Assembly: GCA_977020255.1 (NCBI GenBank)
Contig: CDROCS010000321.1
Location: 124,001-188,000 of the forward strand
Direction: 5' to 3'
From: Obrimoposthia wandeli
Lineage: Eukaryota
DNA: 64,000 nt
Shown piece after piece: positions 36,868 to 47,265 of the stretch (its first letter is position 1; every line of letters starts with the position of its first letter). The notes under the pieces were generated by a model. The model did no database searches. It was not told where the DNA came from and worked only from the letters and a program-made list of their open reading frames with translations. Both the position numbers and the translations under genes were made by a program.

Positions 36868-39350
36868 AATTAACCAGACGTGCGTTTGTTAAAGCAAATG
36901 CTGCAGTTTCTGCTGCCGCGATTGCTGGCGTTACTCTTCCTGCTAGTGCAACTAATCTTATTGCCATTAGCGATGAAACAAAAATAAAATGGGATAAAGC
37001 CCCATGTCGTTTCTGTGGTACAGGTTGCTCTGTATTAGTCGGAACACAAGGCGGTAAAGTTGTTGCGACCCAAGGTGACCCAGAAGCACCGGTGAACAAA
37101 GGCCTTAACTGTGTTAAAGGCTATTTCTTGTCTAAAATCATGTACGGTAAAGATCGTTTAACGACACCTTTACTGCGTATGAAAGACGGTAAGTTTGCTA
37201 AAGATGGTGAATTCGCACCAATTTCATGGGATCAAGCCTTTGATATCATGGCTGAAAAGTGGAAAGCATCACTTAAAGCAAACGGTCCTACATCTGTTGG
37301 TATGTTTGGTTCTGGTCAATGGACAGTGATGGAAGGTTATGCCGCTGTTAAATTGATGAAAGCCGGTTTCCGTTCAAATAATATCGATCCGAATGCGCGT
37401 CACTGTATGGCTTCTGCTGTTGGTGGCTTTATGCGTACGTTTGGTATTGATGAGCCAATGGGTTGTTATGATGACTTTGAAGAATCAGATGCGTTCGTTC
37501 TTTGGGGTTCAAACATGGCTGAAATGCATCCGATTCTATGGACGCGTATCACAGACCGACGTTTAAGTAATCCACACGTTAGAGTTAATGTATTATCAAC
37601 GTACAAGCATCGTTCTTTTGAACTTGCTGATACCGGTGTTATTTTCAATCCGCAATCAGATCTAGCAATGGCTAACTTTATTGCTAACTACATCATCCAA
37701 AACGATGCTGTAAACTGGGATTTCGTTAACAAGCACACTCATTTCAAACGTACAGCAACGGATATTGGTTACGGCTTACGTGACGAACATCCAATGCAAG
37801 CTAAAGCTAAAAACCCTAACTCGGGCAAAATGACAGCAATGACATTTGAAGAGTATAAGGCGTCTGTTGCTGAATATACTGTTGAGAAAGCATCTGAAAT
37901 ATCAGGTGTATCAGTAGAAAAACTGATTATTCTTGCTAAACAATATGCCGATCCAAATATCAAAGTAATGTCGTTATGGACTATGGGTATGAATCAACAC
38001 ACACGTGGTGTGTGGATGAACAGCCTAGTATATAACATTCATTTACTTGTGGGCAAAATCTCACAGCCAGGTAATGGTCCATTCTCGCTAACGGGTCAAC
38101 CGTCAGCTTGTGGTACTGCGCGTGAAGTGGGTACATTCTCGCATCGTTTGCCTGCTGATATGGTTGTTAAAAATCCAAAACATCGCGCCATTGCTGAAAA
38201 AATCTGGAAACTACCAGAAGGTACTATTCCACCTAAACCAGGTCTACATGCTGTTGCACAAAACCGTGCATTAAAAGACGGTACATTGAACGCGTACTGG
38301 ACTATGTGTAATAACAACATGCAAGCAGCGCCAAACATGATGGAAGAGGGATTACCGGGTTACCGTAATCCAGCTAACTTCATCGTTTGTTCTGACCCGT
38401 ACCCAACAGTAACAGCACAAGCATCTGATCTTATTTTACCAACAGCAATGTGGGTAGAAAAAGAAGGTGCATACGGTAACGCTGAGCGTCGTACACAAGC
38501 ATGGTATCAACAAGTTAAACCTATCGAAGGTGCAAAATCAGATCTTTGGCAGTTAATGGAATTTGCTAAACGCTTCAAGATTGAAGAAGTGTGGGGCGAA
38601 GACCTACTAGCTAAGATGCCTGAGCATCGTGGCAAAACTATGTACGATGTATTGTACAAAAACGGCAATGTTGATGCATTCCCAATTAGCGAAGCACAAG
38701 AGCTGAATGATGATGCTCATGATCAAGGTTACTACGTACAAAAAGGCTTATTCGAAGAGTACGCTACATTTGGCCGTGGTCACGGACATGATCTAGCCCC
38801 TTACGATATGTACCATAAAGTACGTGGCTTACGTTGGCCTGTAGTGAACGGTGTTGAAACTAAATGGCGTTTTGCTGAAGGTAGTGATCCGTATGTTGGT
38901 AAAGGTAAAGGCTTCGAGTTCTATGGTAAGCCAGACGGTAAAGCAAATATTATCTTTGCACCGTATGAAGCGCCACCAGAAGTACCAAACGAAGAGTACG
39001 ACATGTGGTTATGTACAGGGCGTGTACTAGAGCATTGGCATTCAGGTTCGATGACAGCGCGTGTACCTGAGTTGTACCGTGCAATGCCAGATGCACTTTG
39101 TTATATCCACCCTGATGATGCGAAGAAACGTAATGTACGTCGTGGTGATGAAGTTATTATTGAATCTCTTCGTGGTGAAGTACGTTGTCGTGTGGAAACA
39201 CGTGGCCGTAACCGTCCACCGGTAGGCTTAGTATTTGTACCTTGGTTTGATGCGCGTGTATTAATCAACAAGGTATGTCTAGATGCTACCGATCCGTTGT
39301 CAAAACAAACGGATTATAAAAAGTGTGCGATTAAAATTACCAAAGCGTAA
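36864..39350 (+). CDS. napA: Periplasmic nitrate reductase catalytic subunit
   Basis: Tat signal [15 protein letters not shown]...NCVKG and NARHCMASA. Confidence 0.99.
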   Translation: MKLTRRAFVKANAAVSAAAIAGVTLPASATNLIAISDETKIKWDKAPCRFCGTGCSVLVGTQGGKVVATQGDPEAPVNKGLNCVKGYFLSKIMYGKDRLTTPLLRMKDGKFAKDGEFAPISWDQAFDIMAEKWKASLKANGPTSVGMFGSGQWTVMEGYAAVKLMKAGFRSNNIDPNARHCMASAVGGFMRTFGIDEPMGCYDDFEESDAFVLWGSNMAEMHPILWTRITDRRLSNPHVRVNVLSTYKHRSFELADTGVIFNPQSDLAMANFIANYIIQNDAVNWDFVNKHTHFKRTATDIGYGLRDEHPMQAKAKNPNSGKMTAMTFEEYKASVAEYTVEKASEISGVSVEKLIILAKQYADPNIKVMSLWTMGMNQHTRGVWMNSLVYNIHLLVGKISQPGNGPFSLTGQPSACGTAREVGTFSHRLPADMVVKNPKHRAIAEKIWKLPEGTIPPKPGLHAVAQNRALKDGTLNAYWTMCNNNMQAAPNMMEEGLPGYRNPANFIVCSDPYPTVTAQASDLILPTAMWVEKEGAYGNAERRTQAWYQQVKPIEGAKSDLWQLMEFAKRFKIEEVWGEDLLAKMPEHRGKTMYDVLYKNGNVDAFPISEAQELNDDAHDQGYYVQKGLFEEYATFGRGHGHDLAPYDMYHKVRGLRWPVVNGVETKWRFAEGSDPYVGKGKGFEFYGKPDGKANIIFAPYEAPPEVPNEEYDMWLCTGRVLEHWHSGSMTARVPELYRAMPDALCYIHPDDAKKRNVRRGDEVIIESLRGEVRCRVETRGRNRPPVGLVFVPWFDARVLINKVCLDATDPLSKQTDYKKCAIKITKA

Positions 39351-39377
39351 TTTTAACGAATAGCTTTTTAATTGATT

Positions 39378-39402
39378 TTTGCCAGCCAATTGCGCTGGCA
39401 AA
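39378..39402 (+). other. Intercistronic stem-loop between napA and napB
   Basis: TTTGCCAGC / GCTGGCAAA, a 9-bp inverted repeat. Confidence 0.55.
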
Positions 39403-39438
39403 TAACGGATTTATTTGCCGATAGGTGGAGAACATAAT

Positions 39439-39906
39439 ATGAGAAAATTATTGGCTGTGCTGCTAACTGCAGGGACTTTATTCTCTGTGTCAGCGCAAAG
39501 TAACGAGACGGCTGTAATCGAAAATGTAAACAATGGTGGCGTAGCATCACTGCGTGGTATTACGGAATTAGACATAACGCGTAAAGCGGATGAGTTGAAA
39601 CGTGTCATTAAGGATCGTAGTCCAATCGATCGTGACTATGTATACCAACCGCCGTTGATTCCACATCAAACGCGTCATTACGAAGTGTCTTTAAATGCGA
39701 ACAAATGTTTGTCGTGTCACAGCTGGAAATATGCTGGTGAAATGGGTGCGACTAAAATTAGTGTGACGCATTACCAATCACGTGAAGGCGAAGTATTATC
39801 TGATGTGTCACCACGTCGTTACTTCTGCTTACAGTGCCATGTTACACAAGCAGATGCATCGCCGTTAATCGACAATGACTTTAAACGTGTAGATTCATTA
39901 CGCTAA
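39439..39906 (+). CDS. napB: Diheme cytochrome c NapB (start moved to ATG 39439)
   Basis: QPPLIPH, CLSCH, CLQCH and a signal peptide. Confidence 0.97.
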   Translation: MRKLLAVLLTAGTLFSVSAQSNETAVIENVNNGGVASLRGITELDITRKADELKRVIKDRSPIDRDYVYQPPLIPHQTRHYEVSLNANKCLSCHSWKYAGEMGATKISVTHYQSREGEVLSDVSPRRYFCLQCHVTQADASPLIDNDFKRVDSLR

Positions 39907-39924
39907 CGGCAAAGAGGCGATAAA

Positions 39925-40497
39925 ATGAAACTGATTTTAAATTTTTGGCGCAAGTTAACCACGCCGAGTAAAGCTGCTGTTGGTACTGTTCTAGCAATGG
40001 GTTTTCTTGGCGGTATTATTTTTTGGGGTGCCTTTAACATGGGTATGGAAGCGACAAATACAGAAGAGTTTTGTTCTGCTTGTCACGCACCTATTGTTAA
40101 AGAATTAAAAGAAACAATTCACTACTCGAATCGTTCTGGTGTTCGTGCTATCTGTTCAGATTGCCACGTACCACACAAATGGACGGATAAAATTGTACGT
40201 AAAGTACAAGCAAGTAATGAGATTGTGGCATTCTTAATGGGTAAAATATCTACCCAAGAGAAATTTGAAGCACGTCGTAAACATTTAGCTGTGCGCGAAT
40301 GGCAACGTATGAAAGAAAATGATTCACAGGAATGTCGTAATTGTCATAACTTTGAATACATGGACTTTTCAGAACAAGGCCCGCGTAGTAGAAAACAACA
40401 TTCTACAGCACTAGCAAGTGGCGAAAAAACATGCGTTGATTGCCATAAAGGTATTGCCCATCAACTACCAGATATGTCTGACGTACCTGGTTGGTAG
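39925..40497 (+). CDS. napC: Tetraheme quinol dehydrogenase NapC
   Basis: N-terminal TM helix and four CxxCH motifs (CSACH, CSDCH, CRNCH, CVDCH). Confidence 0.97.
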   Translation: MKLILNFWRKLTTPSKAAVGTVLAMGFLGGIIFWGAFNMGMEATNTEEFCSACHAPIVKELKETIHYSNRSGVRAICSDCHVPHKWTDKIVRKVQASNEIVAFLMGKISTQEKFEARRKHLAVREWQRMKENDSQECRNCHNFEYMDFSEQGPRSRKQHSTALASGEKTCVDCHKGIAHQLPDMSDVPGW

Positions 40498-40518
40498 AGA
40501 GTAAAAGGAAACACGATT

Positions 40519-40653
40519 ATGAGCACGTTAGAATACGTTATTTGGCATATCTTAGGTTACAGTGCAATGCCGGTTATCTTCCTCGCTGGTTTTGTTGGCG
40601 TAGCTGGATTTGCGGTACTTGCTTTGTCACTCACTGCAGATAAAAACAAATAG
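40519..40653 (+). CDS. Small membrane protein, TIGR02808 family (44 aa; below the ORF-track cutoff)
   Basis: Manual translation MSTLEYVIWHILGYSAMPVIFLAGFVGVAGFAVLALSLTADKNK; AAGGAA RBS; lies between napC and the terminator. Confidence 0.85.
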   Translation: MSTLEYVIWHILGYSAMPVIFLAGFVGVAGFAVLALSLTADKNK

Positions 40654-40681
40654 TAACAACGTAAACGAGAGTAATAATATG

Positions 40682-40712
40682 AAGGCCGTATTAATGTAAT
40701 ACGGCCTTTTTT
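40682..40712 (+). terminator. Terminator of the nap operon
   Basis: AAGGCCGTATTA-atg-TAATACGGCCTT followed by TTTT. Confidence 0.92.
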
Positions 40713-40804
40713 GTTCTCTGCGTTACTGCCTTGAGGTAGGCCCCATATCCCTGTATTATAACCCGCACAAGATCCCGTTCATTATTGATAAAATAAAGCC
40801 TTGA

Positions 40805-41314
40805 ATGAAAAATAAAAATGTATCAATTGGTTTAACCAATCCTAAAAGTCCGGCTAATGTCGGAGCGGTAATGCGAGCAGCTGGTTGTTACCAAGCTGAT
40901 GCCGTTTATTACACTGGCAGAAGATACGATCGCGCTTCTGCTTTCCAAACCGACACTAAAAATGTAGCATCTAGAACACCGTTAACAGGTGTCGATAATT
41001 GGCTCGATAGTATCCCAGAATCAACCAATATTGTTTGTGTCGAACTTGCGGAAGGGGCAATCCCATTACCAGCGTTTGAACATCCAGACAATGTTATCTA
41101 CATTTTCGGACCTGAAGACGGCACTATAGATCAAAAAGTGATTGATCGCGCAGCTGCGGTTGTCTATGTGCCGACAGTCGGTTGCATGAATCTTGCTGCG
41201 ACAGTGAATGTATTACTCTATGATCGCCTTGCTAAATCTGTGGATACCATCGCCAATGATGCATTAATCCGTGAAAGTCGTGATAACAACAATAAAGTGA
41301 AAGTCACAAGCTGA
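40805..41314 (+). CDS. SpoU/TrmH-family (SPOUT) RNA methyltransferase
   Basis: NPKSPANVGAVMRAAG, IFGPEDG and CMNLAATVNV motifs. Confidence 0.92.
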   Translation: MKNKNVSIGLTNPKSPANVGAVMRAAGCYQADAVYYTGRRYDRASAFQTDTKNVASRTPLTGVDNWLDSIPESTNIVCVELAEGAIPLPAFEHPDNVIYIFGPEDGTIDQKVIDRAAAVVYVPTVGCMNLAATVNVLLYDRLAKSVDTIANDALIRESRDNNNKVKVTS

Positions 41315-41388
41315 TCAAGATCAACGACCGACAAGCGTAATCTTCTATAATTACTGCGCTTACATGACCGAATTTAAAAGGAAAAATA

Positions 41389-41895
41389 ATGAGCCATGCT
41401 GAATCAGGGTTTAAAGCTGCAAAATTGGCAGTATTGACCGTATCCGATACCCGTAATGAAGAAACAGATACTTCAGGGCGCTTTCTCGCTGAAGCGCTTG
41501 TTGCTGACGGTCATATTTTAATGGATAAAATGATCGTTATTGATGATAAATATAAGATCCGTGCCATTGTCTCTCAGTGGATTGCTGACGAAGATATTCA
41601 AGGCGTACTCATCACTGGCGGTACGGGTTTTACTGCGCGTGATATGACACCTGAAGCGGTACTGCCATTATTTGATAAAGCGATTGAAGGTTTTGGTGAA
41701 TTGTTCCGCGCTGTGTCATACGATGAAATTGGTACATCAACAATTCAAAGTCGTGCTGTTGGCGGCTTTGCTAACAAAACAGTTATCTTCTGTATGCCAG
41801 GATCAACTGGTGCGTGCAAAACCGGTTGGAATAAGATCTTACGTGAGCAATTGAATAATTCTCATCGTCCATGTAATTTCATGCCACATATTTAA
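41389..41895 (+). CDS. moaB: Molybdenum cofactor biosynthesis protein B
   Basis: [17 protein letters not shown] and MPGSTGAC motifs. Confidence 0.97.
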   Translation: MSHAESGFKAAKLAVLTVSDTRNEETDTSGRFLAEALVADGHILMDKMIVIDDKYKIRAIVSQWIADEDIQGVLITGGTGFTARDMTPEAVLPLFDKAIEGFGELFRAVSYDEIGTSTIQSRAVGGFANKTVIFCMPGSTGACKTGWNKILREQLNNSHRPCNFMPHI

Positions 41896-41925
41896 GCTAT
41901 TGTATTTAAGTTATAGGAATTATAA

Positions 41926-42402
41926 ATGTCTCAACAATTTACGCATGTGAACGCTTCTGGTGAAGCAAATATGGTTGATGTAACAGAAAAAACCATCACC
42001 CAACGTGAAGCAAGAGCGGAAGCGATTGTTCGTATGTCTGCAGAAACGCTGGCGCTTATTATGTCGGGTGATCACCATAAAGGCGATGTATTCGCAACGG
42101 CGCGTATAGCTGGTATTCAAGCCGCGAAGAAAACCTCTGATATTATCCCACTTTGTCATCCACTTATGTTGACTAAAGTGACTGTAGAATTAACGCCAGA
42201 GCCAGAGAACAACCTTGTTCGAATCGAAACTTGTTGTAAGCTTTCGGGTAAGACAGGCGTCGAAATGGAAGCGTTAACAGCGGCATCAGTCGCTGCATTA
42301 ACAATTTATGATATGTGTAAAGCTGTACAAAAAGATATCATTATTGATGGCGTGAAGTTGCTTGAGAAAACAGGCGGTAAATCAGGTCATTTCAAAGTTT
42401 AG
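41926..42402 (+). CDS. moaC: Cyclic pyranopterin monophosphate synthase
   Basis: NMVDV, KGDV, IPLCHP and TGVEMEALT motifs. Confidence 0.98.
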   Translation: MSQQFTHVNASGEANMVDVTEKTITQREARAEAIVRMSAETLALIMSGDHHKGDVFATARIAGIQAAKKTSDIIPLCHPLMLTKVTVELTPEPENNLVRIETCCKLSGKTGVEMEALTAASVAALTIYDMCKAVQKDIIIDGVKLLEKTGGKSGHFKV

Positions 42403-42419
42403 ATTGCGCAGGGTATATC

Positions 42420-42665
42420 ATGATTAAAGTATTATTTTTTGCACAAATTAGAGAATTGGTTGACTGCGCAGAAATAGAAGTGACAGGTCCATTTGAATCA
42501 GTTAATGCTTTACGTGCTGAGTTAGCCGCTAAAGGCGGGAAGTGGGCTTTAGCACTGGATTCAGACAAGTTGTTAGTGGCTGTTGATCAAGAGATCTGTA
42601 GCCTTGATTCACCCGTTGCTGATGGTGTGGAAGTTGCATTTTTCCCACCTGTAACTGGGGGGTAA
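42420..42665 (+). CDS. moaD: Molybdopterin synthase sulfur carrier
   Basis: VLFFAQIRE and C-terminal FFPPVTGG. Confidence 0.98.
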   Translation: MIKVLFFAQIRELVDCAEIEVTGPFESVNALRAELAAKGGKWALALDSDKLLVAVDQEICSLDSPVADGVEVAFFPPVTGG

Positions 42666-42668
42666 GTT

Positions 42669-43124
42669 ATGTCTGCTGATGTAATTCAAATCCAAACTGA
42701 AGACTTTGATCTGGCGACTGAATATGCCGCGTTAGGTAAAAGTCATAGTACAGGTGCCGTTGTTACTTTTATTGGTAAAGTGCGGGATTTTAACCAAGGT
42801 GATAACGTGTCGGGTTTAACACTTGAACATTATCCCGGTATGACCGAAAAATCATTAGCTAAGATCTTAGTTGAAGCTGAAACACGTTGGTCAATTCAAG
42901 GTGTTAAAGTTATTCATCGCATTGGTGAATTAGCGTTAGGTGATCAAATTGTTTTTGTTGGTGTGGCAAGTATGCACCGCGGCGATGCTTTTCAAGCCTG
43001 CGAATTCATTATGGATTACTTAAAAACCCAAGCACCATTCTGGAAAAAAGAAGTAACTGAAGACGGCTCACATTGGGTTGACGCTCGTGAAACCGATACT
43101 ACAGCTGCTGACCGCTGGAAATAA
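42669..43124 (+). CDS. moaE: Molybdopterin synthase catalytic subunit
   Basis: LEHYPGMT, HRIG, HRGDAF and LKTQAPFWKKE motifs. Confidence 0.98.
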   Translation: MSADVIQIQTEDFDLATEYAALGKSHSTGAVVTFIGKVRDFNQGDNVSGLTLEHYPGMTEKSLAKILVEAETRWSIQGVKVIHRIGELALGDQIVFVGVASMHRGDAFQACEFIMDYLKTQAPFWKKEVTEDGSHWVDARETDTTAADRWK

Positions 43125-43149
43125 TATTTTCCTAGATGAATGAACATCG

Positions 43150-43184
43150 CCGCCAATATATAGCTGAACGCGCTATATTGGCGG
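43150..43184. terminator. Hairpin between convergent moaE and the QEGLA gene
   Basis: CCGCCAATATA / TATATTGGCGG, an 11-bp inverted repeat with no U tract. Confidence 0.6.
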
Positions 43185-43240
43185 GATATTTATCGTTATT
43201 AGCACATTAGCGTGGTCATTTTTGGCAATGCCAATGCTAA

Positions 43241-45220
43241 CTAAATAGAATCAAGAATGAATGTCATAATGGCATCTTCTTTATTCTCCATATCCAACGC
43301 TTTGGGTATGTAGTGCGGCGCTTTCAATATGCCTCTCGCAATTAACTCATCCAATAATCCTTTTGACTCAAAGCCAGTTTTACCGATAAACAAGCTTGAT
43401 ATATCACCTTGCTTATATATTTGTAACGCTTCTTTAAGTCCACGTAAATACAAATAATCTTTGGTAAAACCACCCCCTCGATAAGCTCTTAACGTAATAG
43501 TAAAGGCATCATCACTGGCGACGGTATAGTCATTGATTAAATCCAGATAACATTGATTAAACGACTCACCAGCCACCATTTTTGACACGGCAATAACACG
43601 TAATGCTAGCGTCTTTAAACGGTGTAATGGTAAATGCCCTGACAAATACTCACATAAAATGGCTAAACCTTCTTGTGCATGGGTATTACCGGGTAAACCT
43701 AATTTAAAAATGTGTAATGGCTGTACTTCCGCGTTGGCGGTTGTTAATAAATGTACGCCGAGTTCATGGTGAATAAGCGCGTTAAGATCGGTTTGGTTAA
43801 ATCGACACTCGTTATTCACCTTGATCGTACGACCACTTACCATCGCTCTGGCAATCATATTTTTAGCTTCGACAACCTTACATTTAACCCCGTATTCAAC
43901 CGCCGCTTGTTGAAATGCCACCACAGCGTCTGCAGCATCCATACTGGTTTCAATAACAGGCAAGTATTCACACGCGTGCAAAATGAACTTGGCGTTACTA
44001 ATGTCTTCTTTATTTGGCTCACCGTAATAGCGCAGTGAGTTATATAAGAATTGCTCGGTGCCAATACTGGCTAATAAATCAATGCGCATTGCCAGTTGTT
44101 CAATGACAGTGCGGTACATCTTTTGAATATCCGCATCTAAAATCGTTTCCACAGGAAGTCGATACAAGTTTTCTTTAAGCTTGTAGGGGTCGATGTCTAA
44201 CTGACGATACGTAAAATTAGGCAAATAGGAAAACGGATTATGTAAGAATCGTTTCTTTTCCTGCTTCAAATTTTTTGGCGTAATATAGTTAAGTGTATTA
44301 ATGCCACGGGCTAGGGCGTATAGCTCTTTATCTAGCTTCACGACTTCTGTCGGTAAGCAAGAAGATAATACATGCCGTAACGGTTTTCGTTTACCTTTGC
44401 TGTAATGGGTGATTGTTGCTGCAGCATGTTCGTTTATTGCTGTTTTCATGCCTTCTTTTAGTTTTTCGATGACCAGTGGAAAAGATTCTCCACCCACTTC
44501 ATTCATGTAAACCTTTTTAACTTCAATCGGCATGATTAAGGTATTACGAAAATGCTCAGTAACAAAACTAGCTTGGTAACCGAGACCTTTAAATACGTCA
44601 TTTTCAGCCACTGATACCGTAATGTTCGGTAGCTCAATGTGCTTTAATTTACGTTGTAGGTTATCGAGTACTTTACGCCAGTGACGGCTATTTAATTGCT
44701 GTGTACCAATATTAAATGTCGGCGTATTAGTGTCGATACGCTGATAATTATAAGCGTGAATATCATAAAGCAAACATAAACCAAACTTTGCCTCTAAGGT
44801 GCTAATCAAACACTTTAAAATACGGTAATAGCGGCTGTGTTTTGCTTTGCTTAACGCTATCTCGCTTGCAGGTAAAGCCGCTGACCAGACATCTTTACCC
44901 CAGGCTGTTTGGTACACACAATCCGTTAACGGCCTGTTTAAATCATATTCATAACGCGAGTCTTCAACTTGCAAGACGATCGGTTGTGAAGAGATGAAGT
45001 CGCCGGTAAAGGGATCTTCTTCAAAATAGCGTTCTTGTTCCGTCAATGCTATATGTTGGCTTAATGATTCTCGTAATTGATGCCCGTGATGAATCGCAGT
45101 TGCTATATGTGGCTGATACTCACTGATCCGTAATGTTAAACTCCCGTCCTCTAACTGTGCAGAGAAAGGGATTTGTTTACGAATATTATTGAGTATCGCC
45201 TTTTCAGTAAGCCGCTGCAT
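43241..45220 (-). CDS. Fusion of an N-formylglutamate amidohydrolase-like domain and a DUF1704 / QEGLA-motif metallopeptidase domain
   Basis: N-half: TAIHHGH, EEDPFT, SRYEYDLNR, YDIHAY. C-half: HHELGVH, QEGLA, RAYRGGGFTKDYLYLRG. Confidence 0.88.
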   Translation of the reverse strand: MQRLTEKAILNNIRKQIPFSAQLEDGSLTLRISEYQPHIATAIHHGHQLRESLSQHIALTEQERYFEEDPFTGDFISSQPIVLQVEDSRYEYDLNRPLTDCVYQTAWGKDVWSAALPASEIALSKAKHSRYYRILKCLISTLEAKFGLCLLYDIHAYNYQRIDTNTPTFNIGTQQLNSRHWRKVLDNLQRKLKHIELPNITVSVAENDVFKGLGYQASFVTEHFRNTLIMPIEVKKVYMNEVGGESFPLVIEKLKEGMKTAINEHAAATITHYSKGKRKPLRHVLSSCLPTEVVKLDKELYALARGINTLNYITPKNLKQEKKRFLHNPFSYLPNFTYRQLDIDPYKLKENLYRLPVETILDADIQKMYRTVIEQLAMRIDLLASIGTEQFLYNSLRYYGEPNKEDISNAKFILHACEYLPVIETSMDAADAVVAFQQAAVEYGVKCKVVEAKNMIARAMVSGRTIKVNNECRFNQTDLNALIHHELGVHLLTTANAEVQPLHIFKLGLPGNTHAQEGLAILCEYLSGHLPLHRLKTLALRVIAVSKMVAGESFNQCYLDLINDYTVASDDAFTITLRAYRGGGFTKDYLYLRGLKEALQIYKQGDISSLFIGKTGFESKGLLDELIARGILKAPHYIPKALDMENKEDAIMTFILDSI

Positions 45221-46232
45221 CTGCGATCACTTGGCGAAATTCATTTTTACGTGAAATACTGATATTTTTTGCGTGCACAACACTTTCTACAAAATCAATG
45301 ATCTCAACTTGTAATTTAGTGCGATTCAAACGGTTAATACGGGTGATACCACCTGGGCTTAACACATTCACTTCGACTAACTTACCGTTAATGAGATCAA
45401 GGCCAACAAGATATAAACCATCTCTGACTAACTTAGGACCAATGTGTTTACACAAACGTAATTCTTGTTTTGTCAGTACATGTTTTACTTCTTTACCGCC
45501 AGCGTGAATATTTGAACGCACATCCCCGTCTGCTGGTATACGTTTCATTGCACCAATCGGTTGTCCGTTTAACATCATAATACGAACGTCACCTTCTTCA
45601 GCACCTTCAATATAGTCTTGCAGGATGACGTAGTTTTGATTGTCACCAATATAAAAATCAAGCAAGGATTTAACACTCGATTTAGCTTTCTTATCTAATA
45701 AGATCACACCTGAACCACCATAGCCGTTTAATGGCTTAAGGATCATGCAGTCTTTGGTGTTTTCGGCTAGCACTGATTCGAGGTAATCACGTTGCTTTGA
45801 TACATGCGTTACTGGAATGAATTCTTTATTCAAATCAGACATTGACGCCGTATACAATTTATTGTTCGCTACACGCAAACCATCAATGTCATTCATGATA
45901 AAAGTATCATCACGCACTGAGTCTAAAAAGTTTAATGCCATGGTATCGAGCGGCGGATTAGAGCGCATAATAATGGCGTCAAAACCGGCTAAAGGTAACT
46001 GTGCTTCTCTAAATTCTGCCTTGCGATAAAAACCAGGAATATTTGCTGATACAGCCCCTTTTTTAAGCACTTTGCAAAAAGCGATCGACATGCTGTCACG
46101 CATCGTTAAATTATTTGGTGTCGTAATAGCAACAGTGTGACCGCGACTCGCCACTTCATGGATCATGCGAAGTGTAGAATCATTTTCTGGCTCAACACTT
46201 TCCCACGGGTACATAACAAAACAAATTTTCAT
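45204..46232 (-). CDS. Prokaryotic glutathione synthetase-like ATP-grasp ligase
   Basis: MRSNPP, NNKLY, KPLNGYGG, LQDYI, RSNIHAGG and EVNVLSPGG; 17-bp overlap with the downstream fusion gene. The symbol gshB is withheld because orthology is uncertain. Confidence 0.88.
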   Translation of the reverse strand: MKICFVMYPWESVEPENDSTLRMIHEVASRGHTVAITTPNNLTMRDSMSIAFCKVLKKGAVSANIPGFYRKAEFREAQLPLAGFDAIIMRSNPPLDTMALNFLDSVRDDTFIMNDIDGLRVANNKLYTASMSDLNKEFIPVTHVSKQRDYLESVLAENTKDCMILKPLNGYGGSGVILLDKKAKSSVKSLLDFYIGDNQNYVILQDYIEGAEEGDVRIMMLNGQPIGAMKRIPADGDVRSNIHAGGKEVKHVLTKQELRLCKHIGPKLVRDGLYLVGLDLINGKLVEVNVLSPGGITRINRLNRTKLQVEIIDFVESVVHAKNISISRKNEFRQVIADAAAY

Positions 46233-46293
46233 AGCATTCTACCAAGGTGTATAGGGGTTATTTTTCGGCGATGGTAGGGCCAGAATAGATTTG

Positions 46294-46306
46294 TGTAAAA
46301 CGAACA
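46294..46306. promoter_or_regulatory. Candidate LysR-type T-N11-A box
   Basis: TGT-AAAACGA-ACA dyad in the divergent region between the ligase gene and the LysR gene. Confidence 0.35.
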
Positions 46307-46401
46307 ATTTTGCTGCTGACGATAAGAATATTTTGTTATTGAAAATTCAAACTATATTGTATTATATGGTTATTTATTTTTATTGAATGAAGAGTAAACC
46401 C

Positions 46402-47265
46402 GTGGATACAGAACTACTTAAAACATTTTTGGAAGTCACTAGAACAAGACATTTTGGTCGTGCGGCAGATAATTTATTTTTAACGCAATCTGCGGTAAGT
46501 TTTAGGATCCGTCATTTAGAGTCGCAGTTAGGTAACCCGTTGTTTTCACGACAGCGTGGTAATTTACAGCTAACAAGCGCTGGTGACCGTTTATTGCCGT
46601 ATGCCGAATCCATTTTACAAATGTGGGGACGAGCGAAGCATGATATTGCCTTATCAGACGAGTTATCGGTCCAAATAACATTGGGCGCCTCAGCAATATT
46701 CTGGGAGTTCGACGGTATTTCCGATTGGATTAACCGTATTTCCAGCGCGGATCCTGGCCTTGCTTTACGATTGGAATCTGTTCCGCGCCAGCATATGTCT
46801 AAGCGATTGCTTGATAAGAGTATTGATCTGTCAATTACCAGCGAGCCACCGGTTAACGACGATTTTAATATTGTTAAAGTGCGTGATTATCAACTGCAAC
46901 TCGTCACCCATAAACCGTACTGTGATATGAATAATATTAGCGAATTACCTTTGGTCTATTTGGATTGGAGTACGCGCTTTTCTATTCAACATAATAAAAT
47001 AGCAGCGCTACAACGGACGGCTGTTATCCATACCGACTCATGCCGTGTTGCCTTGGATCATATTATCGGTAACGGTGGGGTGGGTTATTTGCCTTCACCG
47101 GTGATTGCACTGAGTGTGGAAGCGGGTTTATTGCATCTAGTACAGGATGCGCCAGTGATGGATCAAGCGTTATATCTTGTGTGCCGCGCTGATCATGAAA
47201 AACAAAGCATGATTGATAGTTTACTTGCGGTGCCGTTTAATAAAATTATCGAAAGTATTGATTAA
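46402..47265 (+). CDS. LysR-family regulator, HdfR-like (GTG start assumed)
   Basis: DTELLKTFLEVTRTRHFGRAADNLFLTQSAVSFRIR is nearly identical to the HdfR N-terminus. Confidence 0.88.
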   Translation: MDTELLKTFLEVTRTRHFGRAADNLFLTQSAVSFRIRHLESQLGNPLFSRQRGNLQLTSAGDRLLPYAESILQMWGRAKHDIALSDELSVQITLGASAIFWEFDGISDWINRISSADPGLALRLESVPRQHMSKRLLDKSIDLSITSEPPVNDDFNIVKVRDYQLQLVTHKPYCDMNNISELPLVYLDWSTRFSIQHNKIAALQRTAVIHTDSCRVALDHIIGNGGVGYLPSPVIALSVEAGLLHLVQDAPVMDQALYLVCRADHEKQSMIDSLLAVPFNKIIESID

